The translations under genes and the position numbers were made by a program. From Ylistrum balloti (Eukaryota), in assembly GCF_031769215.1 (NCBI RefSeq), contig NW_026781981.1, positions 806,001 through 870,000 of the forward strand: 64,000 nt of DNA, in the 5' to 3' direction. Below are positions 13,701 to 26,719 of this stretch, one piece after another. Under the pieces are notes generated by a model that was not told the origin of the DNA, searched no databases, and was given only the letters and a program-made list of their open reading frames with translations. Positions within the stretch are counted from its first letter, which is position 1. The number at the start of each line of letters is the position of its first letter.

Positions 13701-15365
13701 ACAGACAAAAACAACTAATTATTATGATGACGTTTTCTTGGAGACCAGATAACAGACAAAAACAACTAATTATTATGATGACGTTTTCTTGGAGACCAGA
13801 TAACAGACAAAAACAACTAATTATTATGATGACGTTTTCTTGGAGACCAGATAACAGACAAAAACAACTAATTATTATGATGACGTTTTCTTGGAGACCA
13901 GATAACAGACAAAAACAACTAATTATTATGATGACGTTTTCTTGGAGACCAGATAACAGACAAAAACAACTAATTATTATGATGACGTTTTCTTGGAGAC
14001 CAGACAACAGACAAAAACAACTAATTGTTATGTTGACATTTTCTTGGAGACCAGATAACAGACAAAAACAACTAATTATTATGATGACGTTTTCTTGGAG
14101 ACCAGATAACAGACAAAAACAACTAATTATTATGTTGACATTTTTTGGAGACCAGATAACAGACAAAAACAACTAATTATTATGTTGACATTTTTTGGAG
14201 ACCAGATAACAGACGCAGAAAACAACTAATTATTATGTTGACATTTTTTGGAGACCAGATAACAGACAAAAACAACTAATTATTATGATGACGTTTTCTT
14301 GGAGACCAGATAACAGACAAAAACAACTAATTGTTATGTTGACATTTTCTTGGAGACCAGATAACAGACAAAAACAACTAATTATTATGATGACATTTTT
14401 GGAGACCAGATAACAGACAAAAACAACTAATTATTATGTTGACATTTTTTGGAGACCAGATAACAGACAAAAAACAACTAATTATTATGTTGACATTTTT
14501 TGGAGACCAGATAACAGACAAAAACAACTAATTATTATGTTGACATTTTTTGGAGACCAGATAACAGACAAAAACAACTAATTATTATGTTGACATTTTT
14601 TGGAGACCAGATAACAGACAAAAACAACTAATTATTATGTTGACATTTTTTGGAGACCAGATAACAGACAAAAACAACTAATTATTATGATGACGTTTTC
14701 TTGGAGACCAGATAACAGACAAAAAACAACTAATTATTATGTTGACATTTTTTGGAGACCAGATAACAGACAAAAACAACTAATTATTATGTTGACATTT
14801 TTTGGAGACCAGATAACAGACAAAAACAACTAATTATTATGTTGACATTTTCTTGGAGACCAGATAACAGACAAAAACAACTAATTATTATGATGACGTT
14901 TTCTTGGAGACCAGATAACAGACAAAAAACAACTAATTATTATGTTGACATTTTTTGGAGACCAGATAACAGACAAAAACAACTAATTATTATGATGACG
15001 TTTTCTTGGAGACCAGATAACAGACAAAAACAACTAATTATTATGATGACGTTTTCTTGGATAACAGACAAAAACAACTAATTATTATGATGACGTTTTT
15101 TGGAGACCAGATAACAGACAAAAACAACTAATTATTATGATGACGTTTTCTTGGAGACCAGATAACAGACAAAAACAACTAATTATTATGTTGACGTTTT
15201 TTGGAGACCAGATAACAGACAAAAACAACTAATTATTATGATGACATTTCTTGGAGACCAGATAACAGACAAAAAACAACTAATTATTATGATGACGTTT
15301 TTTGGAGACCAGATAACAGACAAAAACAACTAATTATTATGTTGACGTTTTTTGGAGACCAGATA
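10745..15365. repeat. 51-bp satellite array, ~4.6 kb (ggagaccagataacagacaaaaacaactaattattatg(a/t)tgac(g/a)tttt(c/t)tt)
   Basis: Continuous tandem units. The 17-aa periodicity of the shadow ORFs (MMTFSWRPDNRQKQLII) confirms a 51-bp unit. Many units have small indels. Confidence 0.95.
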
Positions 15366-15822
15366 ACAGACCCAGAAAACAAATGATTATTATGATGACG
15401 TTTAAAGGAGACCGGATGACAGAAAACAAGTGATCATTATGATGACGTTTAAAGGAGACCGGATAACAGATAGAAAACAAATGATTATTATGATGACGTT
15501 TAAAGGAGACCGGATGACAGATAGAAAACAAATGATTATTATGATGACGTTTAAAGGAGACCGGATAACAGATAGAAAACAAGTGATCATTATGATGACG
15601 TTTAAAGGAGACCGGATGACAGATAGAAAACAAATGATTATTATGATGACGTTTAAAGGAGACCGGATAACAGATAGAAAACAAGTGATCATTATGATGA
15701 CGTTTAAAGGAGACCGGATAACAGATAGAAAACAAGTGATCATTATGATGACGTTTAAAGGAGACCGGATAACAGATAGAAAACAAGTGATCATTATAAT
15801 GACATGTTTTAATAGACCAGAT
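15366..15822. repeat. Variant 51-bp satellite subfamily, about 9 units (atgatgacgtttaaaggagaccggat(a/g)acagatagaaaacaa(a/g)tgat(t/c)att)
   Basis: Units are homologous to the main array but carry fixed differences (tttaaagg, ccgg, gataga). The switch at ~15366 is abrupt. Confidence 0.9.
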
Positions 15823-16644
15823 GTATGGAAATCAAAGCAATAAGAAGCACATCTCAAATTACATAATCAAATAACAATTTATCAAAAATATATTGAAAAT
15901 ATACACAAACAGATGATTTAAGTATTGAAATTAATAATTCTTTACGGACGTACCCCAAATGACATTCAATGTCTAATTTGGAGCATAGTTTCATTTTTAC
16001 AACACAAGTGTAATACTATGATAATTTCTCACATGCCACTGAGCAACTGTAAAGTAACAACGATAAATGAAACGTAAATCTCAATTTGAAATTTACTTTA
16101 CTCTCTTTAACATTTCCCAATCACAGCAGTCTTAATAAAGGCCAAAACACTACCTATATGTAGAATTTGTTGTAGAAACTTATCACGGCACATTTATGTT
16201 TTTCCATTTTATATATATTAATACAAAATCATTATTTAACAGTCAAAGTGTTCAAATCAGGAAAATGTCAACAAACATCACAAAAGTTGAAAAAAAAAAT
16301 GTAGATTTGTAAGATAATATAATTTTTTAAAATCTTTTTGTGAAGCAGCATAACATTTTCCATCATTATAGTAACTTATTAAAATTGGACAGAACAGTTG
16401 CAGAATGAAATGTCGTAAAATGCCTTTTTGGTATACTATTAGATAACGGTTCCTTCGAGCCAAAGTGAAAATTTTCTCTGAGATACAAGGTGACATTTGT
16501 GTATATACACCACTGTCCGTTCTGTTATACTATCAGTTATACAGTGCTGCTTACTTTGATCGATGGACCATTACTGGTTGTAATACCATGTTGCAATTAC
16601 AAACATAGGTTTCCGGGTACATTCATAACTCATCGTAGATCAGG

Positions 16645-16705
16645 TATATAAATACGAGCTTTACTTTCGTCAAATCATCCTCACTTCACCGGCTCATCAG
16701 AACAG
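16645..16705 (+). promoter_or_regulatory. GY2 TATA box and non-coding exon 1
   Basis: TATATAAATA at 16645-16654 and donor AACAG|gtaagt at 16705/16706. The same layout occurs at 21122 and 25703. Confidence 0.75.
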
Positions 16706-17128
16706 GTAAGTTGGATTGGAGATCGAAGATACAAGCATTAATCTAGTAATTTGATCATGCTATAAAATGTATGATTTTCTAAAAAAAAAAAGAAATGAAA
16801 TCCTTATGTATGTCTGGTGACTTATATTTATCGATATTGCAAACATTTCATTGAGTAAATGGTTAATTTTCAATCTTAACCGCAAGGACAATTTTTTCCT
16901 TACTTGATGTTATGTATATCATTAATGAAACTCGAAAGATCCACAAATGTTTCGTTATGTTTTCCCTTCTTTTTTGCTAAATTTTCCTTTAAACACCGAA
17001 TTTCTGACTGCGACTGTTATCCTCGATTTGAATTTTTTTTTCTAGTTTCCTTCTTTCAACATTGGACTTTTTCTAGAATCTGAATGTGTATTCTGAAACA
17101 TGCTATAACTTCATACCTTAGGATCAAC

Positions 17129-17453
17129 ATGATGCATCTTAAGTTTGCCCTTTCAACCATAACTCTTGCCCTTGTCCTTGGCTGTTGTCTCGGAGATGGC
17201 TATGGCAGCTATGGAGGGGGATATGACACGTACGGCGGAGCGATGTACGGAGGATATGGTGGTTACGGAAAAGGTTATGGAGGGGGATATAGCGGATATG
17301 GCGGATATGGCAAAGGATACGGAGGGAAAGGATACGGCCATCAAGAAAGGGCTGTGTATATTCCTTACCCTGTACCCGCTGGACCTGCACCAGGATTTGT
17401 AGCAGGAGCCGCCGCAGCAGAGTACAACGACGATAACAGTAATATACTGTTGT
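17129..17453 (+). CDS. GY2 main coding exon: secreted Gly/Tyr-rich protein (126 aa spliced)
   Basis: Acceptor ccttag|GATCAAC then ATG at 17129. Encodes MMHLKFALSTITLALVLGCCLG + GY repeats + YIPYPVPAGPAP + AGAAAAEYNDD. Phase-1 donor TTGT|gtgagt at 17453/17454. Confidence 0.9.
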
Positions 17454-17668
17454 GTGAGTACAAAACTGACATGTTTAAGATATAACAATTTAGCAAAACG
17501 TATTTCCTACATTGATTCAATGTTTACATAATTATTGCAGATAAGTGTGCTTTCATCATATCATATTGAATTGCTCTTAAAACTACAATGGAACAAGGTT
17601 ATAGTGATCTTTGTCAAGCACGCCTGTTCTTTCAATTGACATAGTTGAACAAATTTTGTTATTTTCAG

Positions 17669-17724
17669 TCGGAGGTGCCCTCTTGCTGCTGCTGCTGATC
17701 AATAATAACAACAACAGTGGATAG
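17669..17724 (+). CDS. GY2 coding exon 3: (F)GGALLLLLLINNNNNSG*
   Basis: Acceptor tttgttattttcag|TC, in frame, TAG at 17722-17724. 3'UTR donor GGAAG|gtagga at 17756/17757. Confidence 0.85.
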
Positions 17725-17870
17725 ACCATTTACCATGTAACGGACTATAACGGAAGGTAGGATGTTAAACTTATCATTTAAATCGAGGGTTTAAGTAAGC
17801 CTATTACCATTAGCGTCTATTTTATGTCATTACATGAACAAGCAACAATAAATTTAATTTTCTGTTTCAG

Positions 17871-17964
17871 ATTGACTTTCTTTGTGCGCGAGTCTCCTTG
17901 GCTGTTACCAAAGACCCCTGTGTGTTTGCGGTCATCATTTTACTTGTTAACATTCCTCAATAAA
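17871..17964 (+). other. GY2 non-coding terminal exon
   Basis: Acceptor ttttctgtttcag|ATTG, conserved motif at 17883-17920, AATAAA at 17959-17964. Confidence 0.75.
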
Positions 17965-20063
17965 GCATGTCATTCCAAACTCTGTAGTTTGTCGGTTTAT
18001 ACAATATTGTTCAAGGTATGATAAGTGGATATGATAATTGTTTTTAAGTATCTTCTGGAGATCGGTGACGAATTTAGTTACAGCTTAAGACAAAATTGAA
18101 TGTTAAAACGACACAAACTAATACTGTCCGTACTCAAAAGTGTCTTCAAAGTGACGTAAATATCACAATATCACACGATTCACAACAAAACCAAACATGT
18201 GAATCTGCTCGTCGTTGGAAACGCAGAAATTTCCACCCACCTGCTGGTGATTTAGAATGTTAAGTTGACTATGACATCAGGTATGGATGAAGGCATACAA
18301 AAAGACTGAAAAGTGTCATCGGTCGAAAAATAACAAAGGATAAACTTTCATGTCAACAGATTTTACTCTAAAACTAAAGTTCGATGAAACTAAGGCAAAA
18401 ACATGAAAGAAAACACTGACATTTTAACGAAATCCAAATTCAAACATAATTATGAAAGTAGGACAAAATCTGAACAAAAAACATTTACATTGAGACCAGA
18501 AAACTATAAAGAAGACCATGCATTCCAGCGGGTTCCCGTCTTCTGCTTCACCAATGACACCTGCAAAATGAACATTTTGGTCGTTCCATGAAGGCAAACT
18601 CAAGTTCCCTAGTGAGATCAAGTTAGATAACAAATGTAACATACAACCTATACTAACTTACATGTCTAACTTCATATCGTGTTAGGAAATAAAATAAGAC
18701 TGAATGAGATAATCACATCAACTAAATCGTGTAAACACCAGAAAATGCTGGATCAATGTTTATACGGATTCCTTGGAAAGGTAACAGAAATACTCGCGTC
18801 TTTTCTATCAGTTCTCTAACGTAGATCGATAAAGCATTATGCACATGTTTCAATATGTTTATAGGATAAATTTATCATTCTTTAAAAAAAAATGCAGTAA
18901 AGGTAGAAAACAATTTCAGCATCAAAGACATAAATTATCCATGCAATTTTAGACAATTTGCAACATAGTATAAATTTCTTTTGATAAATATTTCATAAAA
19001 CATAAAAAAAAATATTTCGCATGAAAATGCACTTGCAAGACACAATTATAAAGAAAAATGCCATAAATTTGCAATTTTCTCCCGTTATATATTTGCAAAT
19101 TTCCCAGAAAAATTGTACCAAAAATCAACTAATTCCATGTGGTGGAACGTTCTCATATCGCCGCCTGAATATATGAGTAACAACCTTGTCTGAAACCCTA
19201 TTATATGCTTTTTATATACAAACTTTTATATTGAATATCAGTGAAATGAGAAAACGATAGAAGACATAAATTTGATCCATGTCAAGATTAATTATTTACC
19301 AATTATATATCTTGACATTCTGACGTCATCGACAAAATAATTAGATTGAAATCATCGCTCCCAAGTAGTTCTATGCAACATTTGACCTGTCGTTATCATT
19401 AACGCTCTTTGTACATTCCAGGACTCCATGTGTACATGTTCTCTTCGTTTATATTTGAGTTTGGATTGTGATTGTTGATGACATGTTGATGTTAAGTAAA
19501 TTCTATCGACAAACAAATATACAGGCAGTTTTGTTTAAATAAATACAATGTTTATTCCATATGATAACTTTCTGTATGATATATTCTGAATGTAAAATTT
19601 TTCATTCTATATTTCTGCGATCAAAACGTATTCGTTTTCTTATTTTGCTTGAAAAGTCTTCAATCTCGACAATGTAATCAATCTTTGTTCCTTTTGGTGT
19701 GGTAAAGGCTCGTTTGAAACAACCTTCAGCAAACGGAGTATGATGTTTTTATTATTCATTAATATTTATTAGGCTGATCAGCTAAGTATAATTAGAATAT
19801 CGAGAGCACGAAGTTTATGTTGTGTATAAAATACATCTTTATATTTCATCAAACACTTTCAATTTAGAAAGAGTTTTATTTGTTGTGCATACAAAACAAT
19901 ATTTCCGTTGAATATTCCTCCTTGCGATAATAACTGCCAACTTCTGATGCAGTTTAGCTCTTGAATGATGATATTGACTATTGTGACAGAAGGAGGTAGA
20001 CCAAGCTTTGACGACCGGCAATCTAAAGTCTCATCAAGTTCCAGTGACTGTAATTTTGATATA

Positions 20064-20934
20064 CAGTGGATGTTCTCCAAACCGGCCATGCATGGAACAT
20101 AAATATTTGACCTATTTAGAGAGAGTTTGGTTTGTAGAAGTGAAGCAAGTTGTCGGTCCGGACTCAGGCAAAATTGAACTGAAGCCATTCTGTAATTACA
20201 TTACAAATTCCGTTCGCTTTAAGGTTATTTCCACTATACAAGTCCAAATGAATACAGAAAAAAATTTGAGATGTAAAATTATCTTGGTAAATTGTAAAAA
20301 TAACGGTACTTATATACTATCCGCGGCTTTAGTCGGACCTATAAATCTGAGCATCGCCTGGCGATCTCGGAAGTACATACAGCCCCACCTATGGTCTGCT
20401 TTTCCGAAACTGTTACCAACCAATATATTTGAAGAATGTGTGTTTTTTGTTGATCAATATAAAAATATCATCTAAAACAACGCTCGATTAATGTTTCCAT
20501 TCTGTAAAAAAAGTATCATTATTCAATTATCCACGATTTAGATGCGGAATGGCGTCTTTCTAACTCTAACTTATGCTCACCTTCTCGTTTCTGTGGAACG
20601 ATGGACTCGTTAGATATGGTTTCAATTTGTCATTGCCGATAAATTCACATTATGTTTATCTTAAGCATCCTGTCAGTGTAGGTACTGTGTACAAAGCCTA
20701 CTCATGACAGGCGTACGCGCCAGGGGCAAAGCTTACAATTATCACCCACGGTGCTGATTTCACGGACCGCTGGTCGGGACTTGTGTTCTAATCGTTCAGG
20801 GAAATCCGGTTTTCAGAAGGAATTTTCGGTGTCTTTACGTTACATAAAATCGGGAGATTAAGAGCCATGGGTATTAGGAAGGTTTTCCTTACTATAACTA
20901 AGTGGACGTCATTCCGGTTTGGGAAGTTGCACTG
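20064..20934. mobile_element. Non-autonomous Tc1/mariner-pogo-like TIR element (~870 bp) with TA target-site duplication
   Basis: Left end TA|CAGTGGATGTTCTCCAAACCGG; reverse complement of right end CAGTGCAACTTCCCAAACCGG, followed by TA at 20935-20936. The homologous position in the next triplication unit is empty (ttaataTActtgataaag, ~25511-25526). Confidence 0.75.
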
Positions 20935-21121
20935 TATTTGATAAAGTGAATTTATTTGAAAATGAAATGCAAGATTGATTTTTTATGCTCTGACCTATCT
21001 GTTACACTATCAGTTACACAATGCTGCTTACTTTGACCGATGCACCATTACTTGTTGTAATATCATGATATAATTACAAACGTAGGTTTCCGGGTGCATT
21101 CATAATTCAGCTTGGATTAGG

Positions 21122-21182
21122 TATATAAATACGAGCTCTACTTTCGTCAAATCATCCTCACTTCATCGTCTCATCTGATCAG
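21122..21182 (+). promoter_or_regulatory. GY3 TATA box and non-coding exon 1
   Basis: TATATAAATA at 21122-21131; donor ATCAG|gtaagt at 21182/21183. Confidence 0.75.
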
Positions 21183-21546
21183 GTAAGTTGGATTGGAGAT
21201 GGAAGATCCAATCATTAGTCAAGTAATGTGATCGTGGTATGAAAATATATCATTTTCTAAAATAGGAATGTGTTGCAAAAAATTAAAAAGTGATCCTAAA
21301 GTATATATTTTGTAACGAACATTAATCGATATTGCAAACTCTTCTTTGTATAAATTGTTAATTTTCTTCTATTAACCTCCAGGGGTAACCTTTACCTTTT
21401 CTAACTTGATGCTATATATATCCTTGATGACAGTGACTGTAACCCTAGATAAAAAAAATGTCTGGTTTCTTCCTGTAAACGTTGAATTTCTTCTAGAATC
21501 TCTGTGTATTCTGAAACAAGCTATAACTTCATACTTCAGGATCAAC

Positions 21547-21871
21547 ATGAATTATCTTAAGTTTGCCCTTTCGACCATAACTCTTGCCCTTGTCCTTGGC
21601 TGTTGTCTTGGAAATGGCTATGGTGGCTATGGAGGAGGATATGACATGTACGGCGGAGCGATGTATGGAGGATATGGTGGTTACGGAAAAGGCTATGGAG
21701 GGGGATATAGCGGATATGGCGGACATGGCAAAGGATACGGAGGGAAAGGATACGGCCATCAAGAAAGGGCTCTGTATATTCCTTACCCTGTACCCGCTGG
21801 ACCTGCACCAGGATTTGTAGCAGGAGCCGCCGCAGCAGAGTACAACGACGACAACAGTTATCTTTTGTTGT
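21547..21871 (+). CDS. GY3 main coding exon: secreted Gly/Tyr-rich protein (126 aa spliced)
   Basis: Acceptor cttcag|G at 21539/21540 and ATG at 21547 (MNYLKFALSTITLALVLGCCLG). Phase-1 donor at 21871/21872. Close paralog of GY2. Confidence 0.9.
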
Positions 21872-22120
21872 GTGAGTACTAATACAGCATAACATGTCTT
21901 AGATATAATGTTTCAGGGGAACGGATTTCCTCCATTGAATCAATGTTTACATAATCACTACAACAAAGTGTGCTTCCATCATGTTCTTGAATATAACACA
22001 CATATACATATCACATTGTATTGCCCTCGAAACAACAACAAAAGAAAACGTCATAGTGATCTATGTCAACCACGCCTGTTCTTCAATTGACATAGTTGCG
22101 ACATATTTTGTTATTTTCAG

Positions 22121-22176
22121 TCGGAGGTGCCCTCTTGTTGTTGCTGCTGATCAATAATAACAACAACAGTGGATAG
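22121..22176 (+). CDS. GY3 coding exon 3: (F)GGALLLLLLINNNNNSG*
   Basis: Acceptor ttattttcag|TC at 22120/22121; TAG at 22174-22176; 3'UTR donor at 22208/22209. Confidence 0.85.
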
Positions 22177-22322
22177 ACCATTTACCATGTAACGGACTAC
22201 AACGGAAGGTAGGATGTTAAACTTATCATTTAAATCGAGGGTTAAAATAAACCCATTGTCATTTTAGTCTATTTTATGTCATTTCATGAACTAACAACAA
22301 TATTTTTAATTTTCTGTTTCAG

Positions 22323-22417
22323 ATTGATTTTCTTTGTGCGCGAGACTACTTGGCTGTTACCAAAGACCCCTGTGTGTTTGCGGTCATCATTTTACTTATA
22401 TATCATTCCTGAATAAA
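22323..22417 (+). other. GY3 non-coding terminal exon
   Basis: Acceptor tttctgtttcag|ATTG, motif at 22335-22372, AATAAA at 22412-22417. Confidence 0.75.
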
Positions 22418-24299
22418 GCATATCATTCCAAACTCTATAGTTTGTCTGTTTATACAATATTGTTCAAGGTATAAAAAGTAAATATAATTTCTTTGCTTTA
22501 TGTATCTTCTGGAGATCGGTCACAAATTAAGTTAAAATGTAAGACAAAGTCGAGTGTTAAAACGACACAAATTCATGAGCAAATTTCCTTCATACATTAA
22601 CGAATACTTTTCGTACTCAAAAGTGTCTTCAAAGTGACGTAAATATCACATCAGAGGATACATAACAAAACCTAACATGTGAATCTGCTCGTCGTTGGAA
22701 ACACAGAAGTTCGACTCACCTGCTAGTGCTTAAGAGTGTAAAGTTGACTATGAAATCAGGTTTGAACGCGGGCATATGAAAAGTCTGAGAAGTGTTTCTT
22801 CATGTGGATCATCTGTCGAAAACAACAAAGGATATACTTACATATCAACAGATTAAAACCAAAACTGAAATTTGATGAAACTAGAGGCAAAGACAAAAAA
22901 GAAAAAAACGACAAGTTAACGAAATCCTAATTCAAACATAACTATGAAAGCAGGATAAAATCTGAGACTAGAGAAAAATAAAGAAGAATAAGACCAGACC
23001 AGGCACTCCAGAAGGATTCCCATTTTCCGCTTTATCAATTACACCTGAAACGTAAATTTTGGTCGTTTCAAGAAGATAAACTCAGATTCCCTTGTGAGAT
23101 CAAGTTAAATAACAAATGTAACAAAACATCCATTCTAACAAAAGGAATCTAAGTTCGTATCGCATAAGGAACTAAAATGATTCTGAATAAGGCGATTATG
23201 ATTAACAATAAACTTCGCCATAATCTTCATCAATCTTTCAAAACTCTTGAAAGTAAGCCAGTAAGTATATGTGCTGTCCACATATTTTAAGCAAATCGAG
23301 ATAATTGATTAAGCCCTTGAAAATCACATTGACTACAACTAGTAAACACCAGAGAATGCTGAATCTATGTTTATACGAATTCCTTGGAAATGTAACGGAA
23401 ATTCCTCACGTCTTTATCTCTAACGTAGATCAATAAAGCATCGGACATTATGGACATGTTTCACTATGTTTATTCATCATTCTTTATTTTAAAAAATGCA
23501 GTAAAGGTAGAAAACGACAGAAGACATGAATGTGATCCATGTCCAGATTAAGCATTTGACCAATTAAATATCTTGACAATCTGAAATTATCGACAAAGTA
23601 ATTAAATTGAATTGTCGTTCGTTCCCAAGTAATTCTTTGTAACATTTGACTTGTCTTTGTCATAAACAAGCCTGTCTCCTATTCATTCTTTGTAAATAAA
23701 TAGGGTATGTACTGCTTTAAAATCGTTTCATCTCATCAAATAATACTCATACATTGGTTTCAAGTTGTACAAAGAAAGTTTTCATGAGTACTGCTATCTT
23801 ACCTTTACGGTATCAAGGTAAGAAAATGCAATATTTTAACAATAAACAGAAGAATTTATAATACTTTCATCGTATTCCTAAGTTTTTTAAGACTTGCTTA
23901 TCAAGTCGGTTTTGACAAATTTGATTGTCAGGAACAGATTGACCAGTTTCATATTTTATAACTTGACTCCATGATGACTGTAAAGTGAAATAAATAATTT
24001 TTTCTATTTCACATCTGTATTTATATAGAGTCTGTTCACTTGAAATATCATAATTTTCATTCTTATGAGCTGATTTTTAAATCAATTTTGAGATCGCTCA
24101 ATCGAAGTAAATAAAGAAATTAAACAAAAATATTTAGAATTGAGACATTTTCTGAGGGCAAATTTTCGAAAAGTACATATATCTATACAAGAAAAAAAAT
24201 CAAAATGAAATAAATTTTGCTAATAGTCATATTTACAAGAAATCTAATGACCATATCAATCGTTATATACCCACAAGAACTGAAAATAAAAAACGCAAC

Positions 24300-24600
24300 A
24301 GACCCTCCTACATCGGTCGCTCGTCTCGGTCATTTTCTACAAAGAAACCAACATGGATAACTATCCACCCAGCTGTATGATAAGCGTGGTGATTTCATTT
24401 TTCATATCGTGAGTTTTCCATTTATTGATAGCAAATTACCTACATTCCCAACCTATGGTGCTTATATGTAGCAGTTGATTCGGTAGTAAGTGACCTGTTC
24501 CCATTATCACGTTTAACGTGCATTACATCGTCAACTGACGGATAACTTCGTAACAAAGGGTTTCGAAAGAAGCAGGTTAATGAAAATTATGAGATATGTT
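24300..24600 (+). mobile_element. Degenerate Penelope-like retroelement RT C-terminal remnant
   Basis: Translates LYDKRGDFIFHIVSFPFIDSKLPTFPTYGAYM*QLIR**VTCS, resembling the LYDKRDDFNF..NFPFL..NIP..PAYGVY..QLIRY motif of these elements. It lies within a ~1.1-kb block (~23670-24785) absent from the first triplication unit. Family assignment is from memory, not a search. Confidence 0.65.
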
Positions 24601-25702
24601 ACGTTTGTCATTGTGATTTCATAGGGAAATGTTATTTTTTCTTTGTAAGATATCAAGTTTCACGTCTTTGATGCTCGTAATTTTGCCTGTTGGTTCCATT
24701 GTTGCATATCTTGCACTCATTGGAGAACGTGAAATTACTTACCTTGATAGACACTTACCCTCGCGGAACACCTGGACTTATTCTCCTTGTACTTTTCCAG
24801 GACTCCATTTGCACATTTTCCCTTTGTTTACATTTGAGTTTGGATTATGATTGTTGATGACTTGTTGGTGATTTGCTATTTACAGATATAGTTTTTTTTA
24901 AGTAAATACACTGTTTATTCCATATGATAACTTTCTGTAATATTTATTCTGACTGCGAAATTGTTCATGCTATATTTCTGCAATCGAAACATATTCGTTT
25001 TATTTTACTGGAAAAGTCTTTAATCTCGACACGATTTAAATGTGATTCGTCTTTGTTCCTTTTGTGTGGTAAAGAATCATTTCAGACAACCTTCGGCAAA
25101 CGCATTATGATGTTCATTTTGTTTTCGGATAACTTGTTGTAGGGCAATTTTTTCAAGAGTATCTATAAGGCTGAAAAGCTTTGAATATTTACAATATCGA
25201 GAGCACGAAGGTTATGTTGTGTATAAACTATACTTTTATATTTCAACAAACACTTTCAGTTTAGAAAGAGTTTGCGAACGACCCCGACACAAAACATGAA
25301 AATTTAATGCAGTTGAATTTTATTTATTTTCCATAAAATACAATACAATACCTCCGTTGACTATTCCTCCTTACGATAATACCTGCCTATGTCTGCTGAA
25401 GTTTAGCTCTGGAATTGACAGATAATATCGACAATTATAATAGAAGGTATACCAAGTTTTGACCATCGTCAATCTTAAGTCTAAGATGTCGTATCAACTG
25501 CCCGACACTTTAATATACTTGATAAAGTACTGTATTTGAAAATAAAAAATGCGAGATTGATTTGTATGCTCTGTCCTATCTGTTACACTATCAGTTACAC
25601 AATGCTGCTTACTTTGACCGATACACCATTACTGGTTGTAATATCATGATATAATTTCAAACGTAGGTTTCCGGGTGCATTCATAATTCAGCGTGGATTA
25701 GG

Positions 25703-25763
25703 TATATAAATACGAGCTCTACTTTCGTCAAATCATCCTCACTTCATCGTCTCATCTGATCAG
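25703..25763 (+). promoter_or_regulatory. GY4 TATA box and non-coding exon 1
   Basis: TATATAAATA at 25703-25712; donor ATCAG|gtaagt at 25763/25764. Confidence 0.75.
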
Positions 25764-26128
25764 GTAAGTTGGATCGGAGATCGAAGATACAAGCATTAAT
25801 CTAGTAATGTGATCGTGGTATGAAAATAATTCATTTTCTAAAATAGAAATGTGTTGCAAAAATTAAAAAGTGATCCTAAAGTATATATTTTGTAACGAAC
25901 ATTAATCGATATTGCAAACTCTTCTTTGTGTAAATTGTTAATTTTCTTTTATTAACCTTCAGGGGTAACCTTTACCTTTTCTAACTTGATGTTATGTATT
26001 TTCTTGATGACAGGGACTGTTACCCTCGATATAAAAAAAAAATGTCTGGTTTCTTCCTGTAAACATTGAATTTCTTTTAGAATCTGTGTATTCTGAAACA
26101 AGGTATAACTTCATACTTCAGGATCAGC

Positions 26129-26462
26129 ATGTATTATCTTAAGTTTGCCCTTTCGACCATAACTCTTGCCCTTGTCCTTGGCTGTTGTCTTGGAAATGGC
26201 TATGGTGGCTATGGAGGCTATGGAGGAGGATATGACATGTACGGCGGAGCGATGTACGGAGGATATGGTGGTTACGGAAAAGGCTATGGAGGAGGATATG
26301 GCGGATATGGCGGACATGGCAAAGGATACGGAGGGAAAGGACACGGTCATCAAGAAAGAGCTCTGTATATTCCTTACCCTGTACCCGCTGGACCTGCACC
26401 AGGATTTGTAGCAGGAGCCGCCGCAGCAGAGTACAACGACGATAACAGTTATCTTTTGTTGT
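26129..26462 (+). CDS. GY4 main coding exon: secreted Gly/Tyr-rich protein (128 aa spliced)
   Basis: ATG at 26129 (MYYLKFALSTITLALVLGCCLG), with one extra YGG unit relative to GY3. Phase-1 donor TTGT|gtgagt at 26462/26463. Confidence 0.9.
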
Positions 26463-26468
26463 GTGAGT

Positions 26469-26471
<3 letters not shown>

Positions 26472-26556
<85 letters not shown>
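26472..26556. repeat. (CT)n microsatellite, ~42 units, in GY4 intron 2
   Basis: Pure CT run, absent from the homologous introns of GY2 and GY3. Confidence 0.97.
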
Positions 26557-26558
<2 letters not shown>

Positions 26559-26666
26559 ATATTGTGTTGCTCTCAAAGCAACAATTAAACAAGCTTGTAT
26601 TGCGATCTATGTCAACCACGGCTATTCTTACAATTAACAAAGTTGTACATCTTTTGTTATTTTCAG

Positions 26667-26719
26667 TCGGAGGTGCCCTCTTGTTACTGCTGCTGTTGAG
26701 TAATAACAACATTGGATAG
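26667..26719 (+). CDS. GY4 coding exon 3: (F)GGALLLLLLLSNNNIG*
   Basis: Acceptor ttgttattttcag|TC at 26666/26667; TAG at 26717-26719. Confidence 0.85.

Noticed and set aside
10745-15857. Numerous 60-166-aa ORFs (MMTFSWRPDNRQKQLII..., MFLSVIWSPKNVNIIISCFCLL...) and a CRISPR-like look
   Set aside because: These are translations of a 51-bp satellite. There are no unique spacers, no cas genes, and the context is eukaryotic.
20008-20475. 155-aa ORF inside the TIR element as a transposase
   Set aside because: It starts at TTG, and no DDE/D or HTH motif was recognised.
17084-21546. Longer N-termini of ORF-track versions of GY2, GY3 and also GY9 (53462)
   Set aside because: They extend upstream of clear splice acceptors into intron 1. 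The ATGs at 17129, 21547 and 53543 give proper signal peptides.
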